Source: Octopus bimaculoides (Eukaryota). Taken from it: DNA of 54,613 nt. The notes under the pieces are model-generated. The model had not been told where the DNA came from. It did no database searches and saw only the letters and a program-made list of their open reading frames with translations. Made by a program: the position numbers and the translations under genes. The number at the start of each line of letters is the position of its first letter. The first letter of the stretch is position 1. Positions 1 to 11,800 of the stretch are shown here, piece after piece. The stretch spans positions 59,435,085 to 59,489,697 of the forward strand of contig NC_068986.1 of the NCBI RefSeq assembly GCF_001194135.2, written 5' to 3'.

Positions 1-2278
1 AGGGGGTGGGAGGGCAGGTTACCGTCAGCGAGTAGATAGGGCTCTTAATTGTAGATTTTAAATATTTGAGAGACAACAATGCATAAATCGTAATTTTTAA
101 AAGAGCGATGAATTCTAGGTGAATAGAATATATACGTGGCATGAATTTAGGAAGCTTAGAAAATGAATAAGTATGAATTTAAGACAAAAACTGAATTCAA
201 TTGAATTTCATGGTTATAAATTGAGATATGTGGGAAATGCAATGCAGAGGAGAAAGAGGACTCCTTGGTTAGCTGGTAGTTATGCTGCTCCAACCTCTTG
301 TAAAAAGATTTCTCATCAAACAAAGGTATACATTCTCCTCTTACCAAACATACATTCTCACACACTAGCTACTGGTATTCAGCTTATCAGCTTTCAATAA
401 AGTAACAATTTTAACATCAATCTGTAAATAAACATGTTAATAAAATCTAACTATTGTGATTGGTTTTATTTGGGAGTAGCACACAACAAGACCAAATAAG
501 CTAGCTTTCAGCAAATCACTATCACAGACCAAAGACTTTATTTTGATTAGTTGGTTTGGTTTACATGACTAATGACCCCCACTTTCCTTCCTATTTCATC
601 TGGGAATAATGAAAGGTAAACAATCTGAACTCAGAAATGTGAATGACCTGGACCAAATACCCACCAATGTTAGATGCAGGGCTGTCTTAACAGCAATACA
701 GGCTCAGCACTGGGGCCTATATCATTCTTGACAGCCATAGCATACATAGATTAGTTGTGAAGGTTTTGGTCATATTCTCTTCTACCAGACCAAATGATTA
801 AAACAAAAATCACATATTCTGCCACTCAATTAAGTATACATAATTTCAACTGTTCTGTCTCTACCAAACAGTTATAACTATAGGCAGACATGGTTTCCCT
901 AAACTTTAAAAAAGAAAAAAATGGAATTTGTAAATGAAATGTTGTCACATTAAAGTGTCTTTAAACTCAAAAGAAAATTCTAATAGAAACCAGAACACAA
1001 TACATACATAAACATCATTAAATTTCCTAAACAAACAATAATACATTAAATATCAATATTTAATAACATATTTTAAGTATCAAATGAACAAGGATAGTTG
1101 TCTGATTCAATGCAGATAGTAGTGAGTCCACTAAATTCTGGTAAAGAATATGCATGTAACTCTTAAAAACTATCTGGTGTAGTTTCTACTATATTGAATC
1201 AAAAATTACTGTCCTTGCATTAAAAAAAAAGTAATTTATCCTGATTCGTATTTTCTTTTGATTTTCAGCCATAATAAAGATAAAAGAAAATACCTAGTTA
1301 AAATCTGTTAGATATCTTGATACGAACAAGGAAATGAAGAAATGACTTTTCCCTCAAATCCTAAATATAACCGGATGTATTTATTTTTTGATACAGCTCT
1401 CCTTGAAGCATATCCTTTCCAGATGTATTTTGATGATCATTATGTCTTTGGGAAAATAAAATGGAATATTTTCAAGTTGCCTTCTTTAACGTTGACATGA
1501 TGTTCTCACAGTTTATTCCAAAATTGTTGAGAGAGAGAGAGCACTTTCACCTTCAACAAGGTATCCCAGATTTCACAGTCTGAAATTTTCCGAAGCAAAT
1601 AGTAGATAGTTCAATTCATGTTGGTTATTGCACATATGCTAAAATGTCAATCAGACTCATAAATTTCAACACAACTACAGCATTCCAACAGCAACTATCT
1701 TGTCATTCAACCTATAAGAAGACTCCAAAGTTTAAATTACGACATAGCATGTTCATGTGAGTGGCTGGGTTATGGCCAATCAGCAACTAGACATCACATG
1801 ACAGATCATTCTAAATTGTTCTGGAACATCCCTGTACAAGGGTTATAAATAGGTATATTCTTAGTGTCAACAAGGCAGAGTGTCATGGATATCTGAGTGG
1901 AATGTCATCTCCACTTTTGCCAGCTTATTTGCATAGAGACTGGCTGATTCAGATTCACGCATCCTACCTCATGCCCGAGTGTGTTGCAATCCACAGTTCA
2001 GTTTTACACACTCTCTTGCTGTTACAATAGTTGTTTCTACGTCTCCTACTCAACCTTGATATGCTGTTATAGTTGGCCGATATGAACACAACCTGTATAT
2101 TTTCCCCTGTCTTGGCAGCTTAATTACAGAGCCTTTTTAATCAATTATTTGTGAATGCTACAGAATCGTTCTTTCCAGTTTGTTGACTTTGTTACAATTT
2201 CTAATTCATGACCAACTTAAAAATTACTTGTGTGATGAAATAAAGGTTATTATCAATTGTTCATAAACAATAAAAATA

Positions 2279-2684
2279 GGCGCAGGAGTGGCTGTGTGGT
2301 AAGTAACTTGCTTACCAACCACATGATTCCGGGTTCATTCCCACTGCATGGCACCTTGGGTAAGTGTCTTCTACTATAGCCTCAGGCTGACCAAAGCCAT
2401 GTGAGTGGATTTGGTAGACGGAAACTGAAAGAAGTCCGTCGTATATATGTATATATATATATATGTATGTGTGTGTATATGTTTGTGTGTCTGTGTTTGT
2501 CCCCCCAACATCACTTGACAACTGATGCTGGTGTGTTTACGTCCCCGTAACTTAGCGGTTTGGCAAAAAGAGACCGATAGAATAAGTACTAGGCTTCCAA
2601 AGAATAAGTCCTGGGGTCGATTTGCCCGACTAAAGGCGGTGCTCCAGCATGGCCACAGTCAAATGACTGAAACAAGTAAAAGAG
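2279..2684 (+). mobile_element. tRNA-derived SINE, family A (octopod SINE), near full length
   Basis: Head GGCGCAGGAGTGGCTGTGTGGTAAG...GGGTTCATTCCCACTGC (A/B-box-like), central TA/TG microsatellite, tail ...AAATGACTGAAACAAGTAAAAGAG. The same sequence recurs many times in this window. Confidence 0.88.
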
Positions 2685-2934
2685 TATCATTTACACACAG
2701 CCTTACCTACAAACACATTTGCAACAAATCCCTTACCCTGTACACAACCCTGAATCTAACTCCTATCCTATCATGCACATCTTAGTAATAAATTTTATTG
2801 AATAGAGATCTTAAGCTAAAATGAATTGGACAGTCTCCTGTATATTTAAAAAATTTTGTTTCAGACTGTTAAGTCTGGCACTCTCCTCACTTAAATCAAT
2901 ACTTTCAGCAGAATCATCAGCATGTTGGGAAAAA

Positions 2935-3100
2935 TGCTTAGCAGCAATTCATCCGTCTTTACATTCTGAATACAAATTCCACCAAGGTTGACTTTTCATT
3001 TCATCCTTTTGGGGTTGATGAGATAAGTACCAGTCAAATATTAGGATTAATATAATCAACTGGCCTCCTAGCCTGAAAATTTCAGCTCTTGTTCCAATAG
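2935..3100 (+). mobile_element. SINE family B, degenerate copy
   Basis: TTCTGAATACAAATTCCACCAAGGTTGACTTTTCATTTCATCCTTTTGGGG...AAGTACCAG matches the core of the better-preserved copies at 7382 and 44897. Confidence 0.6.
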
Positions 3101-3239
3101 TAGAAGAGACTTTACTTGGATAAATACTTGTAATAGGTTGAGACAGATCTCAAATGCAAGTAACAATTTCAACTTCTGTCATCTCACAATTCCTGAACAT
3201 AACGTGTTAGCATTTTGCCCCAGGTCAGCTCTTAGTGAA

Positions 3240-3560
3240 CAGCCCTTTGGTGAAAGGTATTTCAGCATGGCTATTCCATCTTTTATTTTAGACTGCAAGC
3301 AGTCTTCAGAGCATGTATAGAGAGTTTTTGTCTCTATGGGGCTGAAACCTGGGCTATGAAGAAGGAACTTCAAAATCATCAGGCTTCTTTCTCACAAGGG
3401 CTCAAAACATCACATGGTGTGAGCAAAAAAGAGATTTATGAACACATTCCAGTCATCTCTATTGTTATTGTTCAATATAAAATATTCTTTACTGGCCACT
3501 GCTTTTGTACCGAAGAACAGGCCATTATTATGAAATTTCTGCACCCTAATAAATGACAAA
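3240..3560 (+). mobile_element. RTE-like LINE, degenerate C-terminal ORF fragment
   Basis: Translates to RLQAVFRACIESFCLYGAETWAMKK...ISIVIVQYKIFFTGHCF, carrying the LYG(S/A)ETW and F(A/T)GHC motifs that follow the RT domain in RTE-type LINEs. Confidence 0.55.
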
Positions 3561-3935
3561 GGCTACTCAACTATACTATCAGCTGAGACACACATGAAAC
3601 TGAGGAGCTCCAAAGCAGAGATTCTTGGTGAGCATTGTGAGACACATTTCAATTGCAGCCTGCTTGAAGAAGATATTCAGTAAAACACTATTTTGGGATA
3701 ACAGGAATGCAACATGAGTAAGATTTGGTTGCTTCTGGCTGATCAAGCAGCCACATAGAGGTTTACTCCCCTGTTAACTCATGTTACTCAGCTCTGATCA
3801 TGCAGATCTATGAGCAGAAGCATTCATGATAATCCTGTATTCTTAGAGGTTCATAAAAATATATTGTACAAAGTTTCTACTGCTATTCCTAGCAGTTTTG
3901 GAAATACTATGAGCTTAGCTCTATAATCCATAAAA

Positions 3936-4789
3936 TATGTGGTCTGATCAATAAGCATCCAGACTGTTGCTATAGTAATGAAGCTAAAGCACAGAGAGTA
4001 AAGCCACTTGGCACAGATTGACCTTGAACTCTGCTGTGCATGCACACTAAGTTTTAATGTTCTAACTCATTTCTGCTGTTTACAACAGTGCTTGGAAGGA
4101 AGGTGTGTAGTGTGTGATTGTCACATTGACCATGACAGAGAAAGTTGAGCAGAGAATCTGCCTCAAATTTTGCCAAAAGCTTGGAGATACCTGTTCAGAG
4201 GCCTATGCAAAGTTTTCATTGTTCTGAATACAATCTGTGCAACTGAAACCCGAGTGTCTTTTTGGTCAGCTGAAAGCAGTTTTGGCACAAACTTGGCAGA
4301 CAAATGTCTTATATCCAAATCTTCAGTGATAATGGACTGAATTGAACTGTAACTAATCTGCACATCCTCTGATAACTCACGGATAGTGATTCAACAATTT
4401 CCCCTCACGGCTACATGCACATCTGTGATGTTTCTCTCAGTTGTGAGTCTCCCAGAACATTCATCAATATCAACAATTTTTGGCCATCTTGAAAACACCT
4501 GAATCACTCATAAACTTGCGTCTGACTCATACACTTTCTGTAACTTTGCGTAGACCTCTGAGCAGGTATCACCATAACAACTTTCTCTGTCATAGTCAAT
4601 GCAACGATTACATGCTACACACCTTCCTTCCAAGCACTGCTGTAAACAGCAGAAGTGAGCTAGAACGTTAAAACTTAGTGCACATGCACAACAGTGTTCA
4701 AGGTTAATCTGTGCCAAGCAGCTTTAATCTATGTGCTTTAGCTTCGTTACTATGGCAACAGTCCGGATATTTATTGATCAGACCTTGTA
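3936..4789. mobile_element. Mariner-derived fold-back element with ~280 bp inverted arms
   Basis: TA-flanked TIRs TATGTGGTCTGATCAATAAGCATCCAG / CCGGATATTTATTGATCAGACCTTGTA. The left arm encodes a transposase start MTEKVEQRICLKFCQKLGDTCSEAYAK (4132+). The right part carries the same 5' region inverted plus EDLDIRHLSAKFVPKLLSADQK on the minus strand. Confidence 0.8.
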
Positions 4790-4912
4790 TAAAATTGTCC
4801 TGAAGTCAAAAATATTTTGGCTTTTTTAAGTGTCATTAAGAGCCATTATATTTCATGTGAGTATATAGTCACACATGTACACGTGTGAGTGTGTGTATGT
4901 ATGTGTGGTGTG

Positions 4913-4960
<48 letters not shown>

Positions 4961-4962
<2 letters not shown>

Positions 4963-5181
4963 AGGGGGTGCTGAAAAATTCCTGGCTTTAACAGTACTGC
5001 AAATTGCCAGGTTGGAGGCCCAATTTTCTGAGTTCTTTTATAGGTTGAAAAAAAAACTGAAGGATCACTGCAATGAGTGTGTGAATCTGAGAGGGGAATA
5101 TGTTGAATAAAAATCACAGTTAATTGATCCTCCTGTATTTTCTTTCACCCAAAGTGAAGAACTTTTCAGCATCCCCTTGTA
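4961..5181 (+). mobile_element. Internally deleted mariner (MITE-sized)
   Basis: TIRs CAAGGGGGTGCTGAAAAATTC / GAACTTTTCAGCATCCCCTTGTA enclose only a transposase C-terminus, FYRLKKKLKDHCNECVNLRGEYVE*. Confidence 0.75.
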
Positions 5182-5829
5182 TATGTGCGTGTATACATAT
5201 GTATGTATGTATAACCTCATAACTTTGCTATAAGGTTATGAAATTCACTTCACAACTACGTGGTTTCAGGTTAGAACCTACGTAACACCTAGGCTTCCAA
5301 ACTACCTCAGAGGCTAACTGATTCTTTATGAATGAAATTCAGAAGATGGAAACTACAAAAGCTCATATGTGTAAATCTGTGTGTGTGTGAATGTTTGTCT
5401 CCATGTATCTTCACATTGACACTATTTGAGTTAACATTGACATCTGCTTACATCTCTCATAAACAGTAATCCATAGTTCAGTGGTTTCAACTTGTGAGGA
5501 CCAGGGAGACAAAAAATTTATTCCTTATTTGAAAAATAAGGATTGAAAATTTGATTATGTTATAGATTTTGTTCCATAGTTTCAGTTGTTGAAGCGTAAA
5601 GAGATGTATGTGTATGATCATTTATCTGCTTATATGCAAATGATTTTTTAAAAATATAAATCTTACATATGATTCATTGTGGGTTCTTACACCATGATCA
5701 TCAAACATCTGCTTTCCATGCTTTGTCACAGACTGGCAATTCAGTTCATCCCTAGCTCAGTTCATGTACATGATGTTGATAAGCCACAAAAATGGTGAAA
5801 TATAAATATCCATCACACTTGGATGGGAC

Positions 5830-6187
5830 TGGTACTTATTCGATTGGTCTCTTTTGCTGAACCACTAAGTTATGGGGATATAAACATGCCCACCCTGGTT
5901 GTCAAGCAGTGGTGGGGGACAAACACAAAGATACACAAACTTTGGTCAGCCCAAGGCTATAGCAGAATACACTTGCCCAAGACTCCATGCAATGGGACTG
6001 AACCTGGAACCATGTGGTTGGGAAGCAAGTTTCCTACCACATAGCTATAACTTTTACTTGTTTCAGTCATTAGATTGAGGCCATGCTGAGGTACCATCTT
6101 GAGGGATTTTAATTGAACTAATCAACCCCAGTAGGAGTGAATCATGTGATTAGGAAGCACACTTCTTACCACAGCCAAACCTGCACC
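5830..6187 (-). mobile_element. SINE family A, two deleted fragments
   Basis: Reverse complement of the 2279-2684 element, with internal deletions. Confidence 0.7.
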
Positions 6188-6356
6188 AGTACTTAAGGCG
6201 TTTGCCTCCCCTGTCAGTAAATAAGACTGTGCGTTATTGTGGCTGAGTTGTTTTGACTCTTATTTCTAGCAATATTGATGCTGAATAGTGCATTCAATCG
6301 CTTTAGTGACATATATTTTTTGCCTTTTGGCTGAAAAATTGTTAACAAGTCACCCT

Positions 6357-6397
<41 letters not shown>

Positions 6398-6401
6398 CAT
6401 A

Positions 6402-6715
6402 GATTCTTTTACTTGTTTCAGTCATTTGACTGCAACCATGCTGGAGCACCGCCTTAAAGGGTTTTAGATGAAGAAATCAACCCCAGCCCAGTACTTATTC
6501 TATCAGTCTCTTTTGTCGAACCACTAAGTAACAGGGACATAAACAAACACAAAAACACACATACATGAATGTATACATATACAAGCTTCTTTCAGTTTCC
6601 GTCTACCAAATCCACTCACAAGGCTTTGGTTGGCTCAAGGCTATAATGGAAGACACTTGCCCAAGGTACCATGCAGTTGGACTGAACCTGGAACCATATG
6701 CTTGGGAAGCAAAGC
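6402..6715 (-). mobile_element. SINE family A
   Basis: TTCTTTTACTTGTTTCAGTCATTTGACTGC...CTACCAAATCCACTCACAAGGCTTTGG...GGGAAGCAAAG is the reverse complement of the family A sequence. Confidence 0.82.
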
Positions 6716-7211
6716 TTTAAATCAATTGTATATAGGGTAAAGTAAAATGCTTTATTTGAAAACGATTTTTTTAAAGATCCACATATCTTCTTTTTCTTAA
6801 AATTCTTGTTGCCCTAAATTAAAGGTGCTCGAGTCATGACCATCCCCCCAGATAGAGTGAATTTAAACTACACCATCAAAGATTTTTTTTTTTAAATGGT
6901 AAGATGAATGTGAAAATATATCTTTGCAAAATTTCAGAAACCTATGAGGTAAGTCGAAAAGGCGTGATACTATTTTCATTGTACGCAAAAAAATAAGATT
7001 ACCCAAACATCTTTCTTGGCTGATTGGTTACTACCAATAGGTGTATGTACAGAGAATGAGGTTAGGTGTAATTGTTGTTTAGCCCAGGACAACTTTGACC
7101 AAGATTATTCAAGCCGTGACAAACAAGTCTTTTGTTTGTTTCGCTTGTTTTTCATACATAGTATATCCAGGATCAGATCATATCACGTGTTTTTCAGAGC
7201 TTCTCTTCAAT

Positions 7212-8710
7212 TGATCGCCCTGCTAAGAATAGTAGCCAAATCTCTCTGAAATCACACCCTAAAGATAATATAGTTATAGATACTTCTTAAAAACAAGAGG
7301 GTCACAGTTGAAATGCCTTTGATCATAGGTCTGTTTGATATGGATTCTCTGTCTTCCAAATTATAATTCCATTTTTATACTGGGATGCCGCTAGCAGAAA
7401 CGTTAGCACGCCGGGCAAAATGTTTAGCGGGATTTCGTGTCTTTACGTTCTGAGTTCAAATTCCACCAAGGTCGACTTTGTCTTTCATCCTTTCGGGATT
7501 GATAAATTAAGTACCAGTTGCGTATTGAGGTCGATCTAATCGACTGAGCCCCTCCCCAAAAATTTCGGGTTTTGTGCATAGAATAGAAAAGAATATGTTA
7601 GTCACTTGTGTGCACCTTCTGCTCTCTATTCAAATCTCGCGTTGTTACATCTTTAGGGATCAGCTGATATAGCTGAGTACTGTCTTCGAGTCAGCTGACA
7701 GTGGGAGGGGTTAATAATGTGTCCCTAAAAAAAAAAATTAAAAACAAAAAACAGGCAGCTACTATTTGTTTTAAGTTCAACAACCACGTTGAAGTTAGTT
7801 CGCTGGATGTGTTGACGCTGGTCGTGTAAAAGAAATTAAATGATATAGATGATTACAATAAAGAGGACTAAAATGCATAATTTTGTATATGTTACATTAT
7901 AAATGTTTGGAAGAAACATTTTCTTCCCTTCATGTGATTGCATTCTGTATTTGTATGTAATTTCGCTTTTTTGTTATTCTGTTCTCGCCAGAAGCGAATG
8001 TAACGAGAGAGCATTTATGTAAATGATCGCTCGACTTCCCAGTAAAACCACCCACCTTTCTGTTAAACCACATCCTACCGTCTTAAAAGTCAAAGGACAC
8101 TTCGGATAATTTAGTAAAGAAAAACAGCGGAAAAAAGCTGAGTTGATCATAGGTCGGCCTGTACAGGTCCAACCTAGAGGTTAAACAACAATAACAAATA
8201 TAACATAAGTTTAAATGTAATTATTAGCATATACATAATACGTAAGTAGAAACGCACACATAGGACAATGGGATTTTAGACGCGGTCCTCTTTTATTATT
8301 CCATTCACATCTTGGACACATTATAGTTATATGATTCGACCCAGTACTTTCTTTGTTCGGTCTTTAACAGCAGACAAAAAAAATCTTCCTCCCACTCCAA
8401 TAGTCTTAAAAAAAAAAAATTAAAAACCGGCTACATTAGATAATGTAAAAGTGAGATGGTTACGATGGGATCTTTGATCATAAGTCTGCTTGATCAGGGA
8501 TGACATTAACAAAAGATGACATACACAAGCTAATGATGGAGCCCCTATGTGCTCGTTCCACTTGAAAACAGCAGCAAACATCTTTCAAATCACACCAACG
8601 TCTTTACACACACACACACACACACACACAGACAGACAGAGTCTGAAAAGGCGAGATACAAACAGAATACTTATTGATCGCAGTTCTGCTCAAGAGCTGA
8701 TATAGGGTTA
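7212..8710 (-). repeat. Cluster of four same-orientation copies of interspersed repeat family C
   Basis: The motif (AATAGCAGCCAAAT)CTC...AAATCACAC(C)C..CGTCTT...TTGATCATAGGTCTG recurs at ~7212-7345, ~8025-8195, ~8370-8510 and ~8530-8710. Further copies lie at ~13070, 19660, 22862, 27660, 38060, 49680 and 50750/51040. Confidence 0.55.
7382..7594 (+). mobile_element. SINE family B (tail type 1)
   Basis: GCAGAAACGTTAGCACGCCGGGCAAAATG...TTCTGAGTTCAAATTCC (B box GTTCAAATTCC), core GTCGACTTTG(T)CTTTCATCCTTTCGGG, tail CCCCAAAATTTCGGG...AGAAAAGAAT. Confidence 0.85.
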
Positions 8711-9899
8711 CACGAAACGTGTGTGTATGTATCTGAGTATTTATCTACATACACACGTATTGTGTATATGCTAACGATTACATTTATATACCTACGCATA
8801 CATCTAGATCACTGATTCTTAACCGAGTTTAATTTCAGGATACCGGTAGAGTGAAGAATTTAGGGAACCCAGTGGCAAAACTGTTTTTATGTCGAAACAT
8901 TCTTTATCATTATTCACAAGTTTTACTACATTTTCATTGACAGTGATTTAAAGGATGCTAATGTTTAATATACGGCTGTTAATGCTATGTAATATGTTTT
9001 GTGTACAAAATTGTCATCTGTAGTGGAGAAAGCAGTGTGATGTGCTAGTAAAGAGAGGGAAATGCAGAGAAATGGTTAAGAAACACTGATGTAAATATAC
9101 CCACATCCATATAAAACACACACATGCCAGTATTTTTCAAATACCAGACGGACTTTTTAAAAGGACTCATTAGATAATTTAATCCGTGCGTTCACGATTA
9201 GAACGTCTTTGACCGATCAGGAGTGATCTGGATTAAACAGCATATAGATAGCTATACACATAGACACATTTATACATAATCAAACATCCATATAAAAATA
9301 ACACACACAAGCGTGTGCAAATGAAGACATAACACAATACACACAAACCCGCTGAATTATTTTAGTCTTAGATCCTGTTGATAGTTACCTATCTTCACTG
9401 ACTTAAAGAACCACAACAAACGATATAGTAGTGAGATGTGTATTTTAAATTGTTTAATAAATAACGAATTAAAGAAAAAATCTTTTAATTAAATGATAAA
9501 ACAGTCACAAAAATACAAAATGATAATTATAAAACACACTAATTCGTTTTAACTCAAATTTATGGTTAAGGATGATTAGGGGACGTGGTATGTTAATAAT
9601 CTTACACATACGATTAATAGATAGTAATTATAAAAAAATAACCGGGGAAACGAATTAGCGGTTGTATCGTTTTTCAACTTCCATCACGTTACTACTACAT
9701 TAACACAAGAAAGGCACGAACATCACACAATCTCATTTCATCCCTTTCTGTGTTACTGTGTTTCGAAAGCAACGAGGTTGTTTTGGAATAGCTATCTTTC
9801 GAAGGCACACACCTTATGAGATAATAAAGAGGTACGGAGGGGCAAAAATGTAAACAATGGAAATTTCTAAAAAAATGTTTTTCAGCATCCGTTGTATTA

Positions 9900-11800
9900 A
9901 ACACAGGAACATACACACACATAAACGAAGGAAAAGTACCCTTTCCCTACAGCTTTTCCAAAACTCCAACTCCTAACAGTAGAAAACCGTATAATAACGC
10001 GTGCATAAGTATCCGAGCACACACACACACAGCTAGACTGATTGATTGATAAGATAGGTGTTTGTGAGTGTTTGCAGAAGACTATGGGCATTAAGGTAGA
10101 AGCATCCGGTAAACCGGGTGCGCGGACTGGTTCCAAGTATTGGGTAAAAAATTGCGTCATTAATATTCTAAGAAAAGGCATCAACACCACCACTCCAATG
10201 AATGAAACAAATAAACTACTTCTTTGTGTAGGACCTCCTCCTTTCTCTTTCGTTCAAGGTCAATAGAGGAAGAAGAAAAGTGCGAATGATTAAAAAATCT
10301 GATCAGAAAGGAAAAGAAGTTGAATCAAAGCAGAAATGATGATTCCAACACTAAGAGAAAATTACAAGGGATACCGCTGTCGTTACAAATGAGACTGCTT
10401 TAGATTTAAAGAACGGTTGAATCGAGATTGACTAATATTCATACAGGTACAACTAAAAGGTACAACTGACTTGAAAAAGTTGGAATCTGTCCAACCAAGA
10501 ATTGGAACCTAATGTGTCGCTCATCGAAAGCTTACTCCCTCCGAAGGTAGGAAATAAAGTAGAATAACTCTCTCTCTCTATCATACACACATACAAAGAA
10601 AATAATAAATAAACGAAATAACGAATGCAACAAGCCTCAAAGGACTTGTGGTGTGTTTGCTGTTTACAAAGAATATCGGCAATAAAATATCTTCAACCAG
10701 AAATCGAAACTTGACACACACGTATTGATGTAAAATAGTAGAATCCAAGGAAACAAGATGAGAACAAATATACAGAAAAGAGCAACACATATGTAACTAA
10801 TTAATAAAATATAAGGAAAATATTCGAGATAGTTACCTGAAACCGGTTTAAATTTGTAAGTAGGGTAAGTGAGAGCCCTGCATGAGGGGCAGTGAAATAC
10901 TCCCTTGCGGAAGATGTCACTTTTGTGACTGTCAACGTGGTTTTGTAGGCACTGCATACAAAATGAATGCTGGCAAGGTAATACACGGGGGTCTCTGAAT
11001 TCGTCTAGACAGATTGGGCAGAGGTCCATGTCGACAACAGTAGTCGAATGGCTGTCTGAACCAACTGGCAGTATTTTGTTTGTCTTGCCAGTCGCCATGT
11101 CTTTCCGTGTCTAACAAAAGTGATGCAGTAGCAGCAGCAAGACGCACTTGTCTCTCTTCCCTCTCTCTTTCTTTCAGACAATCCACGAATGGTACATGAG
11201 TGAGTGAATATATGAATGAATGAATGCACGGTTTTGTGTATATACAAGTTTATAACACCCCCCCCCCCCATATATATATGTGTGTGTATTGCAAATGAAC
11301 TGGTTTACAAACCTTTATATACATGTCACTTTTATTTGTTACATATTTCATCTCAGTTACGTTCGTATGAATAAAAGAATGTATCTGTGCTTGTTTATAT
11401 ACACGTGTATATTTCAAAACTGCATACATTAAATAGCACTTTCACACAAACAAACATGCATACAAACATATGTGAATGAGTGGAAGAGTGAGGGAAAAAA
11501 TAAAATAAAAGAGGAGAGAAATGCGGTGTGAGTGAATAGAAGGAAGGTAGAAGGAGAGCAAGAACGAGAAGGGAGATGTTTATAGCAGACTGGAAATCGA
11601 TAAACTTTGCTTGCCGTCGGTTATTAGAGTTAGTGGTGACAGCTAGCAAGCTTGCACGCTCTTATTTCCAAGAGGGTGAAGCGAAATGGCCAATCTTAGA
11701 ACAAACAATTCAGATACAACAATAAGAGCCACGAAATTAATCACTAGTTTAAACCTCTCAAGCACGTTTACTTCATTCCCCTGTTTTTTTCTGCTACTAT
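9900..11800. promoter_or_regulatory. CpG-enriched promoter-like zone around the RING gene, with CCAAT box GGCCAATC at 11688-11695
   Basis: CG dinucleotides are visibly more frequent here (and back to ~7900) than in the CpG-depleted flanks. The CCAAT box lies ~600 bp upstream of the RING ATG. Judged by eye, not computed. Confidence 0.4.
10664..11098 (-). CDS. RING-HC (C3HC4) zinc-finger protein, TRIM-like E3 ubiquitin ligase N-terminus; either first coding exon (donor after 10837) or a 144-aa single-exon RING plus hydrophobic tail
   Basis: CPICLDEFRDPRVLPCQHSFCMQCL...FHCPSC has all eight Zn ligands in RING-HC spacing and the P.(V/L)LPC.HSFC..CL signature of TRIM-type RINGs. Start context is good (GACATGG), no stops or frameshifts, and a candidate donor CAG|GTAACT lies at 10837/10836. 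Confidence 0.85.
   Translation of the reverse strand: MATGKTNKILPVGSDSHSTTVVDMDLCPICLDEFRDPRVLPCQHSFCMQCLQNHVDSHKSDIFRKGVFHCPSCRALTYPTYKFKPVSGNYLEYFPYILLISYICVALFCIFVLILFPWILLFYINTCVSSFDFWLKIFYCRYSL

Noticed and set aside
1390-1700. Possible hAT C-terminal fragment on the minus strand (FWNKL...LKIF.FIFPKT)
   Set aside because: Similarity is too weak and fragmentary to support without a search.
10335-10470. ATGATGA ... CTGA pair resembling a box C/D snoRNA
   Set aside because: No terminal stem and no recognisable rRNA/snRNA guide; both motifs are short and common.
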